Shown here: in pieces, positions 1 through 14,064 of the stretch
Layout: the number at the start of each line of letters is the position of its first letter
Position numbering within the stretch: position 1 is the first letter of the stretch
Source of the DNA: the human T2T-CHM13v2.0 reference genome, Homo sapiens
Reading direction: 5' to 3' (one strand)
Assembly (NCBI RefSeq): GCF_009914755.1
Contig: NC_060945.1
Length of the DNA stretch: 64,000 nt
Program-made: the position numbers and the translations under genes
Notes under the pieces: generated by a model
What the model was told of the DNA's origin: nothing
The model's database searches: none
The model's input: the letters and a program-made list of their open reading frames with translations, nothing else

Positions 1-183
1 GTAAAGGGTGTGGGGCACCACAAGGACTCTGTTCTGCCAACTTTGGGGGCCTTGCCCCATCTAGAGGGGGCAGAACGTTTCAGTTGGAGAATTGGTGGCT
101 TAAAGGCTTACTGATGGCAGTAGACGGAGGGAAGAGTGATGGCTGAAGGCTCGTCTGCCTGGAATCTTTCATCTGAAAACTAA

Positions 184-707
<524 letters not shown>

Positions 708-883
708 CTGGATGCTCTGTAAAGTGATTTCTAGCTCTGTCTAATGTCTGGGGGATGGGTTAAAACAGCATCTGGTGGGACTGGGCGACGAACAGAAGTG
801 ATAGAGAAGGCTGCACCTACCAAGTATTTCTACTCTTGGGGAAGTTGGTTGAGATTAGCTCTGGGCGCACATATAAAACCCAG

Positions 884-1337
884 TGTACTGGATTATACAG
901 AGTCCCCTCAAAATTCGTGTCTACCCAAAGACTCTGAATGTGATCTTATTTGGAAAAAGGGTCTCTGCCAAGGTAACTGGTAAGTTTGGATGAGCTCATG
1001 CTAGATTAAGGTGGGCACTAAGCCCTATGTGACGCATGTCCTCAAAAGAAGAGAAGACACACAGACACACACAGAGGAGAAGGCCATGTGAGAACAGAGG
1101 AAGAGGCTGGAGTGATGCAGCCACAGCCAAGGAAGGGCGAGGATGGTCACCAACCGGCAGAAGCTGGGAGAGGCAAGGAAAGATTCTTCCTTCCAGCCTT
1201 TGAAGGGAGCACAGCCCTGCTGACACCTGGATTTGAGACTCCTGGCCTCCAGAACAGTGAGAGAATAATACGCTTCTGTTGTTTTCATCCACCCAGTCTG
1301 TGGTATTTTGTTACTGCAGCCACAGGAAACTAAGCCA
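884..1337 (+). mobile_element. MLT1C-like MaLR solo LTR
   Basis: TG start, GTGATCTTATTTGGAAA, CCCTGCTGACACCT, GTGGTATTTTGTTAC..CAGGAAACTAA end. Confidence 0.85.
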
Positions 1338-1611
1338 CTCGGTAAGGTTTGGGTCTCAAGACAGCTGAATCACCTCGTCATTGCTTAGCAATGAAAGATG
1401 CTAGAGCTGATAGCACAGCTAACATGAGAGGAAAGCTGGGCTGTCAGGAGAGCTGTGTCCTGTTTCCAGGCACAGCAAGGACAGCTGGGTTCAGACTGAA
1501 GCAAGACCCGAAATGGATGCCCTGTTGGAGAGCATTGGTGATTTACCCTACAGGCAACCATTGGCTCATTTTGTGCTACAGGAAAGGTGAGCAGATGGGA
1601 AGTAGCTGAAA

Positions 1612-1760
1612 GACTTGAGTTTTGGTCTTGCCTCTGTCACTTCTGGCTGTGTGGCTCTGGGAAAAGCAGCTAATGTCTCTGGACCTCAGTTCCTCATTTG
1701 TTAAGTGCAGGAACTAGATGACATAATCTGCTATGCAGTTTCCAGCTGTTAAGTTCTAAA
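1612..1760 (+). mobile_element. MIR fragment
   Basis: Core CTCTGGACCTCAGTTCCTCATTTGTTAA. Confidence 0.65.
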
Positions 1761-2284
1761 CGCTAAGCCAGAGAGAGACAGGTTTAGCATCAGTAATAAC
1801 ATATGAGAATAGTCCCCCAGGCATAGGAATGCATCATGCTCCTTGCAGCTCATGCCCCAGGTCTGATTCTGAGTTCAGACATTGCTAGCCACTTGCTTTA
1901 GGGATTTTTGGTAGACATGTTGCTTTCTGGTACAGCTACTCCTAAATTTAGGACATTAATGTAGTCTGTGTCTAAATTAGCAATGTCTAATCATTCGATT
2001 GTCTAACATCAAAGGATTAATCACCTACAAGATCTAATGAGCTTCTTTTCCTAGAACACATTCTACATGATCAACCAGACCTTTGATGACCCCAACAGCC
2101 AGAGATCTTATGAGCCTTTCCCAGGACCCCCACCACCTGCCTCTCATCCATGCAGCAATTCATCAGGCCTGTATATAAAACAAGCCTTGACTTTGAGGAT
2201 TCACCTTGAGGGGAAAAGTGGGTCTAGAAAACATGGATATGGAGAAAATGTGGGTACGTTTCCTCTCTGCAGTTCCTAGGATGT

Positions 2285-2970
2285 CGCATTAGTTTTCTGT
2301 CATGTAACCACAAACTTAGTGGCTTAACACAACTTGTATTTATCATCCCACAGCTTCCTTGAGTCAGGAATCTAGGCGAGGAGTAGCTGGGACTTTTGCT
2401 TCGGGTGTCACTGGCTAAACTCGAGGTCAGCCCAGGGTTGTGATTCTGATGTGAGTGAGATTCGAAGTCTGCTTCCAAGCTCACTGGTTGCTGATGGAAT
2501 TCTGCTCTTTGCATTTGTGGGACTGAGGGTCTCAGCTCTGAGAGACCACTCGCTTGCCACACAGCCTTCTCCATAACATGGCAGTTTGCTTCTTCAAGGC
2601 CAATGGGAGAATGTCTCTGCTGCCTCAAATCTTTCCGACTTTCTCCGTTTCTGACCTCTAGACCTTCTTTCAAAAGGCTCACATGATTAGGTCAGCCCCT
2701 CCCAGGATAGGTAGTCTCCACTCTGATTAACTTAAAGTCAACCGATGAAATCAGGCTGATAGGGGATAATGTCCCAAAACAGTCAACTGATAAGGAACTT
2801 CAGTTACATATGCAAAATCCCTTCCCCTTTGCCCTATAATGCAGGCTAATCAGAGGAGTGGTATTCCATCGTATTCATAGGTCCTACCCACCCTCGAGTG
2901 TGGGAGAGTTACACAGGGCATGAACACCAAGGCCCAGGAATCTTGGGGTCATCTTCAAATTATCCTGCTA
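2285..2970 (-). mobile_element. MLT1E-like MaLR LTR
   Basis: CCACAAACTTAGTGGCTTAA, GATTAACTTAAAGTCAAC, GGAATCTTGGGGTCATCTT. Confidence 0.8.
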
Positions 2971-3831
2971 GAGATGAGTCTGGGGATCTGTGATAACTCT
3001 TCCAGGGGAAGTCGCCCTCATCAATACACAAGCCAGGGTTGAGATCAGCTGGGATAGTAAAACCTCACTTTTTCAGGGGGTCCCAGGCCATACCCTAGCA
3101 TCAGGTGTCTGCTGCATATCTTCTTGGCAAGTTTCCTTGAGACACTTTTACTTCTAATCCTTAGGCTCAAACACCTGTGGAGCGGGAAGTATGGCATTTC
3201 CGCGAAGTCCTCTTGACTTGAGTCCCAGGTCCCTCTGACAAAGCAGGAGTTTGTTGACCTGCTAGTCCTGGCACCAAATGTACCTATTTACTCAGCTTTT
3301 GCCAGAGGGTGGGGAGAGAGGGTGGAGAAGAAGGAAGGGCTCTTTTGCAGTTGGTCAATGAAATGCTTTGTTATAATTTTGCTTCATGTTGTGCAGGTGG
3401 CCAAGTGTCTTGGGTACAAGGTAAACAGATTTCTCCCCCTTGGTCTTCCCTGCATTCAGTCCCCAGCCAGTGGGTCACATTCAGAATAATAATAGGAATA
3501 ATAAAGGTCACAGTCCCTGCTGCTGTAAGAAAGATTATCTTTAGAAAGAAACAAATAGTCTGGGAGGAGTTACGTGGAGTTTAGAAAAACAAAACAGACA
3601 CCAACTTGTCCTGATTCTCTGTGAGTTTCATCCCGTGTTATTCATCAATGCCTGTTTGGTGGTTTCATGTCTTGATGCATCTTTTATTGTCCATCCTTTG
3701 GCCATGGATACTCTTGGATGATGCATCAAACCAAGCATAGTTTTTCAAGTGACAAGAGTTGTGGGGATAATGGACTGGGTTTCTCTTACTTGTGTTGCAA
3801 GACACTTCAGAGTCATAAGCCTACGGATTTT

Positions 3832-4139
3832 TGTTTGTTTGTTTGCTTTTTATTTTTTGAGATGGAGTCTTGCTCTGTCACCCAGCCTGGAGTGCAGTGG
3901 CGCACTCTCAGCTCACTCAACCTCTGCTTCCCAGGTTCAAGCGATTCTCCTGCCTCAGCCTCCTGAGTAGCTGGCATTACAAGTGTGCACCATCATGCCC
4001 AGTTAATTTTTATATTTTTAGTAGAGATAGGGTTTCACCATGTTGGCCAGACTGGTTTCAAACTCCTGTCCTCAAGTGATCCACCCACCTTGGCCTCCCA
4101 AAGTGCTGAGATTACAGGTGTGAGCCACTACGACTGGCC
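3832..4139 (-). mobile_element. Alu (S/J) with 15-bp TSD AAGCCTAYGGATTTT
   Basis: Full dimer; TSD at 3817-3831 and 4140-4154. Confidence 0.95.
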
Positions 4140-7100
4140 AAGCCTATGGATTTTAAATTACGAGGACATGAAAATCGCTGTCAAAATAAGAACGCTGAGT
4201 TGGAGAGTGGAGGTAAAAATGTCACTCTGGGTTTGTGTGGACACAAGAACCAAGAGAGGCCTCCTTGTAAAATGAAACATGTCAGAGCAGACACTACGTG
4301 GCCAGAGACCTAGTCCCCAGACCTCAGACTTCTTAGTGCACAATGAGAAATCTGGCCTACACGTTGTCTCCAGAGTTCTTTTTTTTAGCAGTAAAATGCC
4401 TTGATTCTATATGACACACAATTCTCCACACAGCCTGTGTAGCTATGTCATGACTTTACAACTTTCATAAGAGCCACTTCCAAATAAGTCATGAACATCT
4501 CACAGCAGGAAGAGATGGCAGGTGACCAGCTCTCAAGTTTGGGTTGGTTTGCTAATTTTCACCAGAAAATCATCTCCTGGGGACAGATATTAAATAATGC
4601 AATGCCATTATGTCTTAAAAAATTAAATTAAAATTTAAAAAATACTATTTACCATTCTGGTTCTTGAGTTTTTATGTTCTGGGAACAAAATAACATTTTT
4701 ATTTTGTTTTGAGAGAGATAAAAACAACCAAGGCATTCTGACTTTGTTCTCAGTAGCTATCTCATTATTAAAGTTGAATGCAATAAAAGCAGTTTCCTTG
4801 GTGAGAAATGAATATATGGTTTCAACCACAATATGTCTTCACAGATAAAATGATTCCTATCTGTATTAATAAGAACATTTTCTGGGCCTCCCTGTGAATG
4901 TGATCTTCACAGAATAACATGTTCCCACCTTGTCCTGAGGACCAGATCCAAGAAATGTTCTCCACGAGTATAGGTGAGATTTGACTTGGCTCTGTAAGAC
5001 ATTTCCGGGTAGGAATAATTACTAGACACCGAAATGGCTGAAATGAGGGGGAACGACGTTTCCTCTCAGGAGATCTTGATAAAGGAAACATCTCCTCTCT
5101 CGGAGATGTCCTAGGTTGGCCCTGTCCGGCAGCCAGAGAACTGGTTAGATCACCTATCAGAGTGATATCAATGATGTTGATTTTCTGTGAAAGAGCTTCT
5201 ACTCGGTATTTCTGAGAAGTCTGACAATTCATTTCCATTTTTAAAGAGGAGAAGCTTTTGAAACGCAGTGGCACTCACAGGCAAAATTTGAAACGCTACC
5301 CTCAGGGACCACCATGTTCGCAATGCCAAGGCAGGGGCCTTTTGCACCTGGAATACTAGGCTTCCCTGTTTTGGTGAAGCCCCTGAGGTGTTTTCCTGAT
5401 GGGCTTGATAGTGCAATGGTGATTTCCCACCCCAGGAAATCTAATCCTTAAATCCCGAGATCACAAGAGCCTTCTCTGTTTGCTCAATGGAGTCTGGCCA
5501 GTCCTGGCTCTCTCCCATGCTGTGTAAAAGTTTGGATCTAGAACTCAGAGTCTGATTATTCGCTAATGCCTGAAGCTCATTTTTGTGGCACCATGTAATA
5601 TCAGGAGAATGGCAGGTCCCAGCTGCCCACTTTCCCTCTCCCCATCCTCAGGCCTTCAGGATATACCGTTTATACATGTGCATATGTGTTTGACAATATG
5701 AAACATACGGATTTCAGATCCCCTCTTCATAAGGGGAATGGAGGAGGAAGTTGAAGTGGATGAGAATCCAGGAACAGGGTTTAGCATTGGTGAGAGTGGC
5801 AAGATGACTCAGTCTTGGATTTTTAATCAAGGGATCTTAGTGAAGAACAGCATATCCTTTGTTGGGCAGAATATAAAAATGCAAAACAGAAGCCAGTAGA
5901 GATTTAATAAACAGAGCAATCAGTAGGGCTTGGCAGGGAGATGGGCACACAATGGCTGCTTTAACCTGGTAGAGATGAGCTTTGGTGCGATGGTGAATGT
6001 TGGTTTCCATTGACATTGACTTGAGTTGACTCAGGAGTCAATGAAGAACATTTTGGATCAATTTGGATGATTATCCACAAGCAGTAATCCTACAGTGTTC
6101 ACTGTTTTCCAGAACTTTTAAAACAATAGAAAGGGTTATTCAGGGATAAAGCATTTTTCCTTTTTCAAATGCTTTCAGAGTTTGGCTCACCTTATTTGGG
6201 TGAGGCATATAAGTATGGTTAGTGTGGGTATTGAGGCTACCAAACAGTTGTAGATGTTTCTTTAAGACCAATCTTACCAGTCTTATTCCCCATCTTTCTT
6301 TCTCCTACCTCCTGAACTGGGACTCAAAATGACTGGGCAAAACATTGCGTGGCCTTGGGCAAATTGTTTGATTTTGCTGAATCTCAACTTACTCACCTGG
6401 AAAACACCTTTTCTACCCAGCTCTTGGAACTGTTATGAGAATGAATGGGAAAGTGCATAAAAATTGGAAATACTAGATACAAGCAAAGATTATGTTTTCT
6501 CCTGGTTTGGGGCTAGGTTTTTGTATACAATAAGTGTTTCCATCAGAAGCAATTGACACCAATGCAGAGCCATCAATAGGAGGAGAATTTGCATTTGGAC
6601 AACTCCTTGAAGGATGAAGAAAGAGGCTTCAGGAGGCAGAGCAGCCTTATGGGCAGAGAGCTGAGTGGAAGAATCAAGTCAGTCTGTTGTGGAGGAGGCC
6701 TTGAATAGGCCACTTTTTCTCCTCAATGCCAACAAGAATCACACCTGTCTTTTTGAGATTGCAAGAGGAAATGGAAGAAAAATTATCTTGACCTTGTCTA
6801 AGCAACAGTGTCAAGGGGTGCTATCTCACTCCAAAATACTTTTAATGTTAACTGCCTAGCTCTGTCCCAGATACCGTTTGTCCCTGAAAAACCTCCTCAG
6901 GAAGAGCCCCTCGACCTGGGAGCCTGGAAGGAGGTTCTCTTTGAATCTAGGTTGCTTCTGAAGCCATAGCCAAGCACAAGCCAAGATGTGGATAAGGGGA
7001 CCCTTATCAACATCTAGTCTGATTGACTTCCTCTAGTTGAAAACGCATGGGAAGGGCCTTGAAAGGCATAAGTCATATTTCTGCCTTCTGTGCTTTTAGC

Positions 7101-7172
7101 TGTTCCCCATTGTATCATCTAGATTGTGAGTCACTGTTAAAAATGACCATAAATCTTTAGAGAAAGCAAGTA

Positions 7173-7252
7173 TTAGGTTGGTGCAAAAGGAATTTCAGTT
7201 TTCGCCATGAAAAGAGATGGCAAAACCAGCAATTCCTTTTGCGCCAACCTAA
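7173..7252. mobile_element. MADE1 (Hsmar1 mariner MITE)
   Basis: 80-bp palindrome TTAGGTTGGTGCAAAAG...CTTTTGCGCCAACCTAA with TA TSDs. Confidence 0.93.
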
Positions 7253-8562
7253 TATTACAAAGCAGCTGGGATTACATGAGAGAACACATAGGAATGCAAG
7301 GTGTAACACACGTGTTCATTATGTTGATGGTTATCTGGTTAGTCACTAACTTTCTAAATTAATTGAGAAACTTTTTTAAGAACCAGAATAGAGATGGGCG
7401 TGACTAAGAGAAAATGTTTAAGACCAAAGAACATCAACCCTCCTTTTAACCCACTAGTTGAGAGCTACACTACTTACCTCCCAAAAATGGCTTTTGTGTC
7501 CAGGAGCTCCAGGCCCTGAAGGATGCTGCTTTGCTTAGGAAGAAAGAGTGGCAGACTTCTCATGGGCTGATGTGCCAAGAATGGCTGAGGTTGGGTCTCA
7601 GTGGATGGCAGGGCTTGCAGGGAAGGCAGCAGACAAAACCCTGGAAATCTGGCTCAACACAAAAGTTAAGAATGGGTCTTACATGAAATACATTGGGTGT
7701 CAGTGTCAAGAATGCCAAGGCCCTAATTTTTACATTATCGTCTCCTAAAGACAACCATGGGGGCTGGCTTGTCATCTCTGTATGTCAATATTCCATATTT
7801 GCCCTTTCCTTTTGAGGATATGGAACCAGTCCTGGTAATTCTCCCCACTTGAGTATGTCTGAGGACGGATACCTCTTCATATACTCAGTCATGGGTGAAG
7901 ATTACATTCTTGAGTGAAACGCATCCTTGGAGATGCCAAAGAGAAAAACAAAGGTACAATTTTTTGATCTATTCTAGAGACAGGAGAAGGACCCGTTTTC
8001 TATATCTGGTCCCAGGATCATCTCTCTTGGGGCATTGGCCATGGAGCCAACACTGGGTTCTGTGGAGCCCGCAACTTTAGCTTCCTAAAAAACTCCTTCA
8101 GGACTTGCTGCACAGGGACAGCATCTCAACTTAGATCAGGCTCTGAGTCCATACTAGAATCTGGTCTGGCCTCCTTCAAGGGGATCTCCTGCCCCTGTGA
8201 GTTTCCTGAGTCCTGGCCTCAGTTTTCTCCTCTTTTACTGAGCTCTTTCCTGGCCCATCACTTGGGGCTGATCTCTGTGAGTTCAAGATTTGAAAAGTGG
8301 TTGCTGTTCTGACTGGTGCCTTTGCTGCCTAAGATTTCATGAAGATGATAGCACTGCAGATGACACAAGGAAGGGTACTTTAGACCTTTTCTGCTCAGAT
8401 AACTTTGGAGATAAAGGCAACATTAGCAATTATACAAGACAAATTTCAGCTGAAGAAGCCCAGAGAGCTTAAATTACTTGCCCTAGGTCCCTTGGCCACA
8501 TACAGCAATGCTGGAACTAGTATTCAAACCTTGTGATTCATAGTTGACAACAATCCATGCGT

Positions 8563-8737
8563 GGTTGGGGTTCTCGAAATGTAGTCCTTGGACCAGCAGC
8601 ATCATATCATCTGGGAAAGCATTAGAAATGCAAATTATCAAGCCCCATCCAGACCTACTGAGTCAGAAGCTCTGCAATCTCTGCTTTAACCAGCCCTCTA
8701 GGGAATTCAAATACTTGCTACGGTTTGAGAAACAGTG
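8563..8737. mobile_element. MER5A hAT MITE
   Basis: GGACCAGCAGCATCA..TTAGAAATGCAAATT..CCAGACCTACTGAGTCAGAA..GTTTGAGAA. Confidence 0.85.
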
Positions 8738-9974
8738 TTCTGTGCCGTGCTAAATTAAACCTTTTGTGGGACAGTTCAGTATTTTTCATCATTTGTAGAA
8801 GAGTTGAGTGCTTACCAATGATCTCTATCACACTTGATTCTTTTATTCATTTCTACACTTAATCTTGAATGCCCATTCCCATATTAGGCACCATATGGAT
8901 CAGAAGGACATATTGAACAAAGATCCTTCCTTCAAGGAGCTCATAGGAGTCACAACATAGACCAAGGAGGCTTTGATACTGAGAAGTAAGGCAAAATATG
9001 ACGGAATTTTGGAATGATGCAGACACCACGGGCGATATGAGTTTGCTAATGCTTTGGGCTATAGAGATGAGGTTGGGAATATCAATAGGAGAAGAGAATT
9101 AGCAACCAGGTGGTAGAAATGGGCCTAGTGAGTTGTAGAAAGAATAAGGAGATTGATCAGGTTGGAGGAGAGGCCTTGTGCTCTCTTAGGAGATTTATGA
9201 GAAGTTATGAGACTGAATTTCTCCCTAAATTATGAGGACCCCTAAGGTACTTGCCTCAGTGACTGAAGAGAATGGGTGGTTGGCTGTAGATCCACCATTC
9301 GGTGATTGATTCTGGAAGCATCTGTCTGGTAGGGAGGGCGAGAAGAACTATTTTCAGACTTTACTCTGGTACAAGCCTCAAGCAATTTGTCATGACTCAG
9401 GTGGTTGGGAAACAAGTGTGCTCTCAGGACAGCTTGACATGTCACTCAGCAGCCTCCTGGGGCCAAGCTGTTCTTTTAAAGGAAGAGTTTTGTGTTGACT
9501 CTGAACTTGGAAGAATCCAAAAACAGCAAGTGACAACAGAAGGTTGAGTCATGAGTGCATACCGCATCCAGGCCAGGCTTTGCTTCCAAGCACGAAGTAG
9601 ACCATGGCGTTGGGTTGACGTTTTCACATTGTAACCGTAAATTCTCTGTGACCCATTTCCACTGCCTGTATCATTTTATAGACCTGTATAGTTGCATGGA
9701 AATTAAATTGGTATTCATTATAAGGTGCCACCAGATGCCCAAAGGCCTTCTAGATTGTCCAAGAAAAGCATCTATCGAGCATCCAACTCCAGCATATTTT
9801 ATTATGTTTAAATTTCTGAAACATAAGCACTTGTGATATATGTGACAAATATAGTTATCAGCATTTTTTCTTAATCAGGAAACTTTGTTTTCAACCATGC
9901 TGGATAAGAGAGAACTTACTGCAGTTACAACTATGCATTATTTTTGAAATAATCCCAGCTAGCATTGATTTACT

Positions 9975-10390
9975 GTGGTCACAGGCCCTCTATGTCTGCT
10001 TCAAATTCATTCTCTGTGTCATGCCCACAATTATCCTCCTACGAAGGAGGCATTATTGTTGTCTCCACCTTACAGGTGAGTAAACTGAATCACAGAGAGG
10101 ACAAATAATATCTTCGAAGCCATGCAGCAAATAAGCGGTGAAGACTGGATCATACATACACATGTGCACACACACACACCATTCAGAATCATGGTGGAAG
10201 ATGGAATAGTATGTTGGAGAAAGATAAGGATTTCAAGCTAACGTCTGGTAATTGACAGGCTGAGCAAGTTGGGGAAGCCACTTTTAAATCCTAGAATATT
10301 GGTTGCCTAATCAATAACACAGAAGCCTTTACTCATAGGTTAATTTTGAGGAATGAATGAGATAATATGTTGAAAAGTTTTGTTCTATAA
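9975..10390. mobile_element. Two MIR fragments in opposite orientation
   Basis: TTACAGGTGAGTAAACTGA (-) and TTTTGAGGAATGAATGAGATAAT (+). Confidence 0.55.
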
Positions 10391-11185
10391 ACTAACCTCC
10401 CCAACAGCCATATCCAGAAATCGAATTTTTACTGGGAGGTCATGAACATAGGCTCAACCTCGGAATTTTCTGCTCTGACTTCCTTTTCCCAACTCGAATG
10501 GGTTGATTATGTTCCTAACCCATTAGTGCTTAGTTGATGATACGTAATCATCTGTCTGCCCAGGTAACCTGGTAACTCAATTAACCAGCAGTTTGACATG
10601 GAACTTTGTGGAGTGCCAGGCATGGTGATGCAGACTTGGACCTGCTCAGGGCTCTGACAGATGGACACCAGCATCCCTGAAAATAAAGATGTCTTGTCTT
10701 TGGGTCTGTGTGTTTGGTTACCTAGTTGCTTCTCTGCTCTGTGGAAGTCACATTTTCCTCTGTCTCTTCAACAGTCCCTGCACCCGGTGGGTCAGTGCCC
10801 CGGGGACATACCATGGCTTCACATCCTTGTTTTTTCCAGCATCTGGCATCTCAGGAAGCCACTGACTAATTCCCTTGGCCCCATCCCACCCCTACTGCCG
10901 TGCACTCATTGGCTTCTAGCTTTTGATGAATTCAGGGAAATAGGGGTTCCCGTGAGCCCATGTTTTTCAAGAGCTCATAGTTTATGCCTGGAATGCAGAT
11001 TTGCACTCCAGCTTTCTGAAATGAGCAGAACTTCGGAAATACCCTTTAGTGGATCCTGTCTGAACTCTAAATGTCTCCGAGTTTGCTTTAGAGACAGAAG
11101 GGAGAATTCTTGAATTAACAATGAAGCTCCAGTGAAATCCTCCTATGGAATTTGAAATGTAGCCATTATGACAAATAGGCTTTTA

Positions 11186-12130
11186 CCTTTTATTGTGGTA
11201 AAATATACATGCATAAAATTTACCATTATTGACATTTAGTCCATGCACAATGTTGTGCAACCTTCACCACTGCCTACTTCCACAACATTTTCATCACCCC
11301 TAAAGGAAACTCTGTACCCAATAAACAGTCCCTCTCCATTCCTCCCTCCTCCTGGACTCTGGCAACCACTCATCTGCATTTTGTCTTTAGAGATTTGCCT
11401 ATTCTGGATATTTTCATCTAAGGCAGATCAGTTTGTTCATTGAAAATTTTCAACATGCTAGACATTCACATTGCTTCAAAATCTAAAAGTCTAAAAGGGT
11501 TTCCTTTCTTTTACTTCTCCCCCATCGGCCTGGGCTCCCTTCCCACAGATGACTTCTTTGTTTGTGGAGGCATATGTATTCTAGAATATGTGTATCCCAA
11601 TACAAACAAATATGACACACACTCTTATCTCCCCCTTTTATTACATGAAAGGTAACATCCTATACACAATATTCTGTACCTTGTTTTTCAGCCACCTTAC
11701 AAAATGTCCTGGAACTTCTGTCCCCATCAGTACACAGAGAGCTTCCTCATTCCTTTTTAAAGCCGCATAGTAGTTGTTTGAATCTAGCATGCTTTATTTA
11801 ACTAATCCTTTCTTGATGGACATCTAGGTTTGTTTCCAAGTATTTGCCATCACCAGCAAAGCTGCCATGAATTATCTCACACACATGTCATCTTAAAAGT
11901 GTCTCGGCAGCACAAATTCCCAGAAGATGAATGACTGGGTCAGAGGGCATGTGGATTTGTAGTTTTGTTAATGATCACTCTGTTTCTTTCTGCAGGGGTT
12001 GTGCCAATTCACATGCTCACTGGCGGTACACAAGAGTCCCACAGCCTCCACCAAAGAGTGAGTTACCCAACTCTGCATTTTTCTCCCAATCTCAGTGTAA
12101 TCGAATATGAATATCTATTCCTATGTTTAA
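11186..12130 (-). mobile_element. L1MB 3' end followed by L1ME fragment
   Basis: TTTTATTGTGGTAAAATATACA..CTGGCAACCACT..ATTTGCCTATTCTGGATATTT; GATGGACATCTAGGTTTG. Confidence 0.8.
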
Positions 12131-13429
12131 GAAAGAGGATTTAAAGAGTTCTGGTTTTGTCTCCTAAAAGGAAAAAAAAAATGCATCTGGAACCTCCATG
12201 TTACTTGTTTACATTTAAGGATAAATGAAAAATGCAGTAATTTCCCGTAATGTCCACAAAATCAGTGACTTGCCGAAGTCCACACACCTTTCCCTATCTG
12301 GAAAGAAGCTTCTGTGGAAGGCCTCTGTTTCCCAGGATACCTCACTTCCCACCGTCCCAGGGACAGGCTGTGAGATCCCACTCCTCCACACTCCCCACTG
12401 TTGACTCCCCACAGTCAGCTCCCCTCTGAGTGCCCAGCCTGGGCTCCAGTAGTTTATTTAAAAGCATGACGAGCCCTCTAATTATGGAGATAAAAGCTGC
12501 CTGTGATGCAGAGCAGGGCTTGGGTTGAAAGGTCTCTTTTTTGGCTCTTTCCCATCTCATTAGAGTTGCGGGGGTGGCTGGTCACCCCAAGGTTTAATCC
12601 TTGGAGGCAGTGTGACAGCAAATGTGGCAAGAATCACAGCTCATTGATTGTTCCATTAAAAATTTCTACAGGTACCTGTAAAAGTGCCTTTCAAGTTGCT
12701 TCAGTCTGAAGAATCTTATTGCTCCTAAATTGAGGTCAATTAATCCCCTGAAAATGTGTGGCATTCACAATTTGATGTCATGGCCTCCATGTGAACATCT
12801 CTCTCTGCATGGATGGAGGAAGCGAACAGCTCTTCCTTCTTCCTGCCTTTCCCACTTCCCCTAAATCTAAAGAGCAATTCTCTGCCTTTGCGAGCATAGG
12901 CTGGTGAGAGCAGGGAGAGCAAGACCACACTGCTCAGCAGCCGTGTTTACCATCTGATCATCATGGAGGGACAACTGAGTGCACAGTGTCCTTCCATCCA
13001 TCATTGCAAGACCAGGGAAGGAAATTTGGCCCTCGGGCAGGCTGTAGCCCAGGAAAAAGGCTATCCTCAGAAGGCCAGCCGCCTTCTCTAGTTTGCAAAC
13101 AGCACAGATTTAGAGCTTGCGTTCCTTCTCATCCCAGGAACCACATATGAGCACCTCTCCCTGCCATGGTTCTCACGATGCCTGGATGGTCCTTATTTAA
13201 GTATTGAATCAGGAGAGGGCAAGAGGCTTCACCCAAGACGGCTGTGAGGTGGGGATGCTTGAGCTGCCCGCATCTGCTGGTCAATGTGTCACCTCCATCC
13301 TCTAACCCAGAGAGCATTTCTCTTCATTTCCTCTGCTTCTTGCTCCCTACATTCAACACTCTGACCTCACTCTGCCATCTCTCAAAAGCTAACCCCAGAC
13401 TCCTCTTCTCAGTACAGGGCTCTGGTGAC

Positions 13430-13645
13430 CAGGGAGACTGGGATGTGATGAGCAGGGCCTTGGGAGCCAGTTATAGAGAGTTAAGTCCTGGCTTGGTCAT
13501 TTACAATCCCTGAGTACTTTAACTTTTCTGAAATGTAGTTTCTTCATCTGCAAAATGGGCTAGTAATACCAATGTGCAACAGCAATAGGTGAGGATTGAA
13601 GGAGACATTTAGGAAGTCTCTGGCCCCATACAGAGTACTCATGGC
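13430..13645 (+). mobile_element. MIR
   Basis: AGTTTCTTCATCTGCAAAATGGG core. Confidence 0.65.
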
Positions 13646-13648
13646 AGC

Positions 13649-14064
13649 TGTGAAAGTGTGCTACCCGGGTGGAGGATGAGCCCATCTACTGGTCCTTTGG
13701 ATCCACTAGTGGGTTTGCTTGGAGGTCACACTTACCACAGCTGCTCCCAGGTGGTGACTGGGCCCTACAGGGATGCGAAGACAGGCCCATTCCAGAGAGA
13801 TGTGGGATTTCTCTGACAGACAGTTGTGGCTCAAGGACTCTCCCTGAGCCTTGCTAGAACTTTCTTGGAGCTGTGCTGCAGTGTCTAGACAAGCTTCCTT
13901 CCTTTCCTCCTCCTCCTTCCCTCTGACCTTCACAGGGCCAGACCTGCACCATAGCTTGAGGGTTCTCCCACCTTCTTGGCCCCTTCCAGACCGTGTCTCC
14001 CAAGAAATCCCTCAGGTGTCTAATCCCATCTTGGTATCTGTTTCTGGAAGACCCAAACTACACA
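13649..14064 (+). mobile_element. LTR16A-like ERVL solo LTR
   Basis: 3' end CTAATCCCATCTTGGTATCTGTTTCTGGAAGACCCAAACTACACA; TG...CA ends. Confidence 0.75.

Noticed and set aside
4822-5416. 150-aa minus-strand ORF in unique sequence
   Set aside because: No recognisable homology or pseudogene hallmarks (no poly-A tail or TSD); at most lncRNA exon sequence
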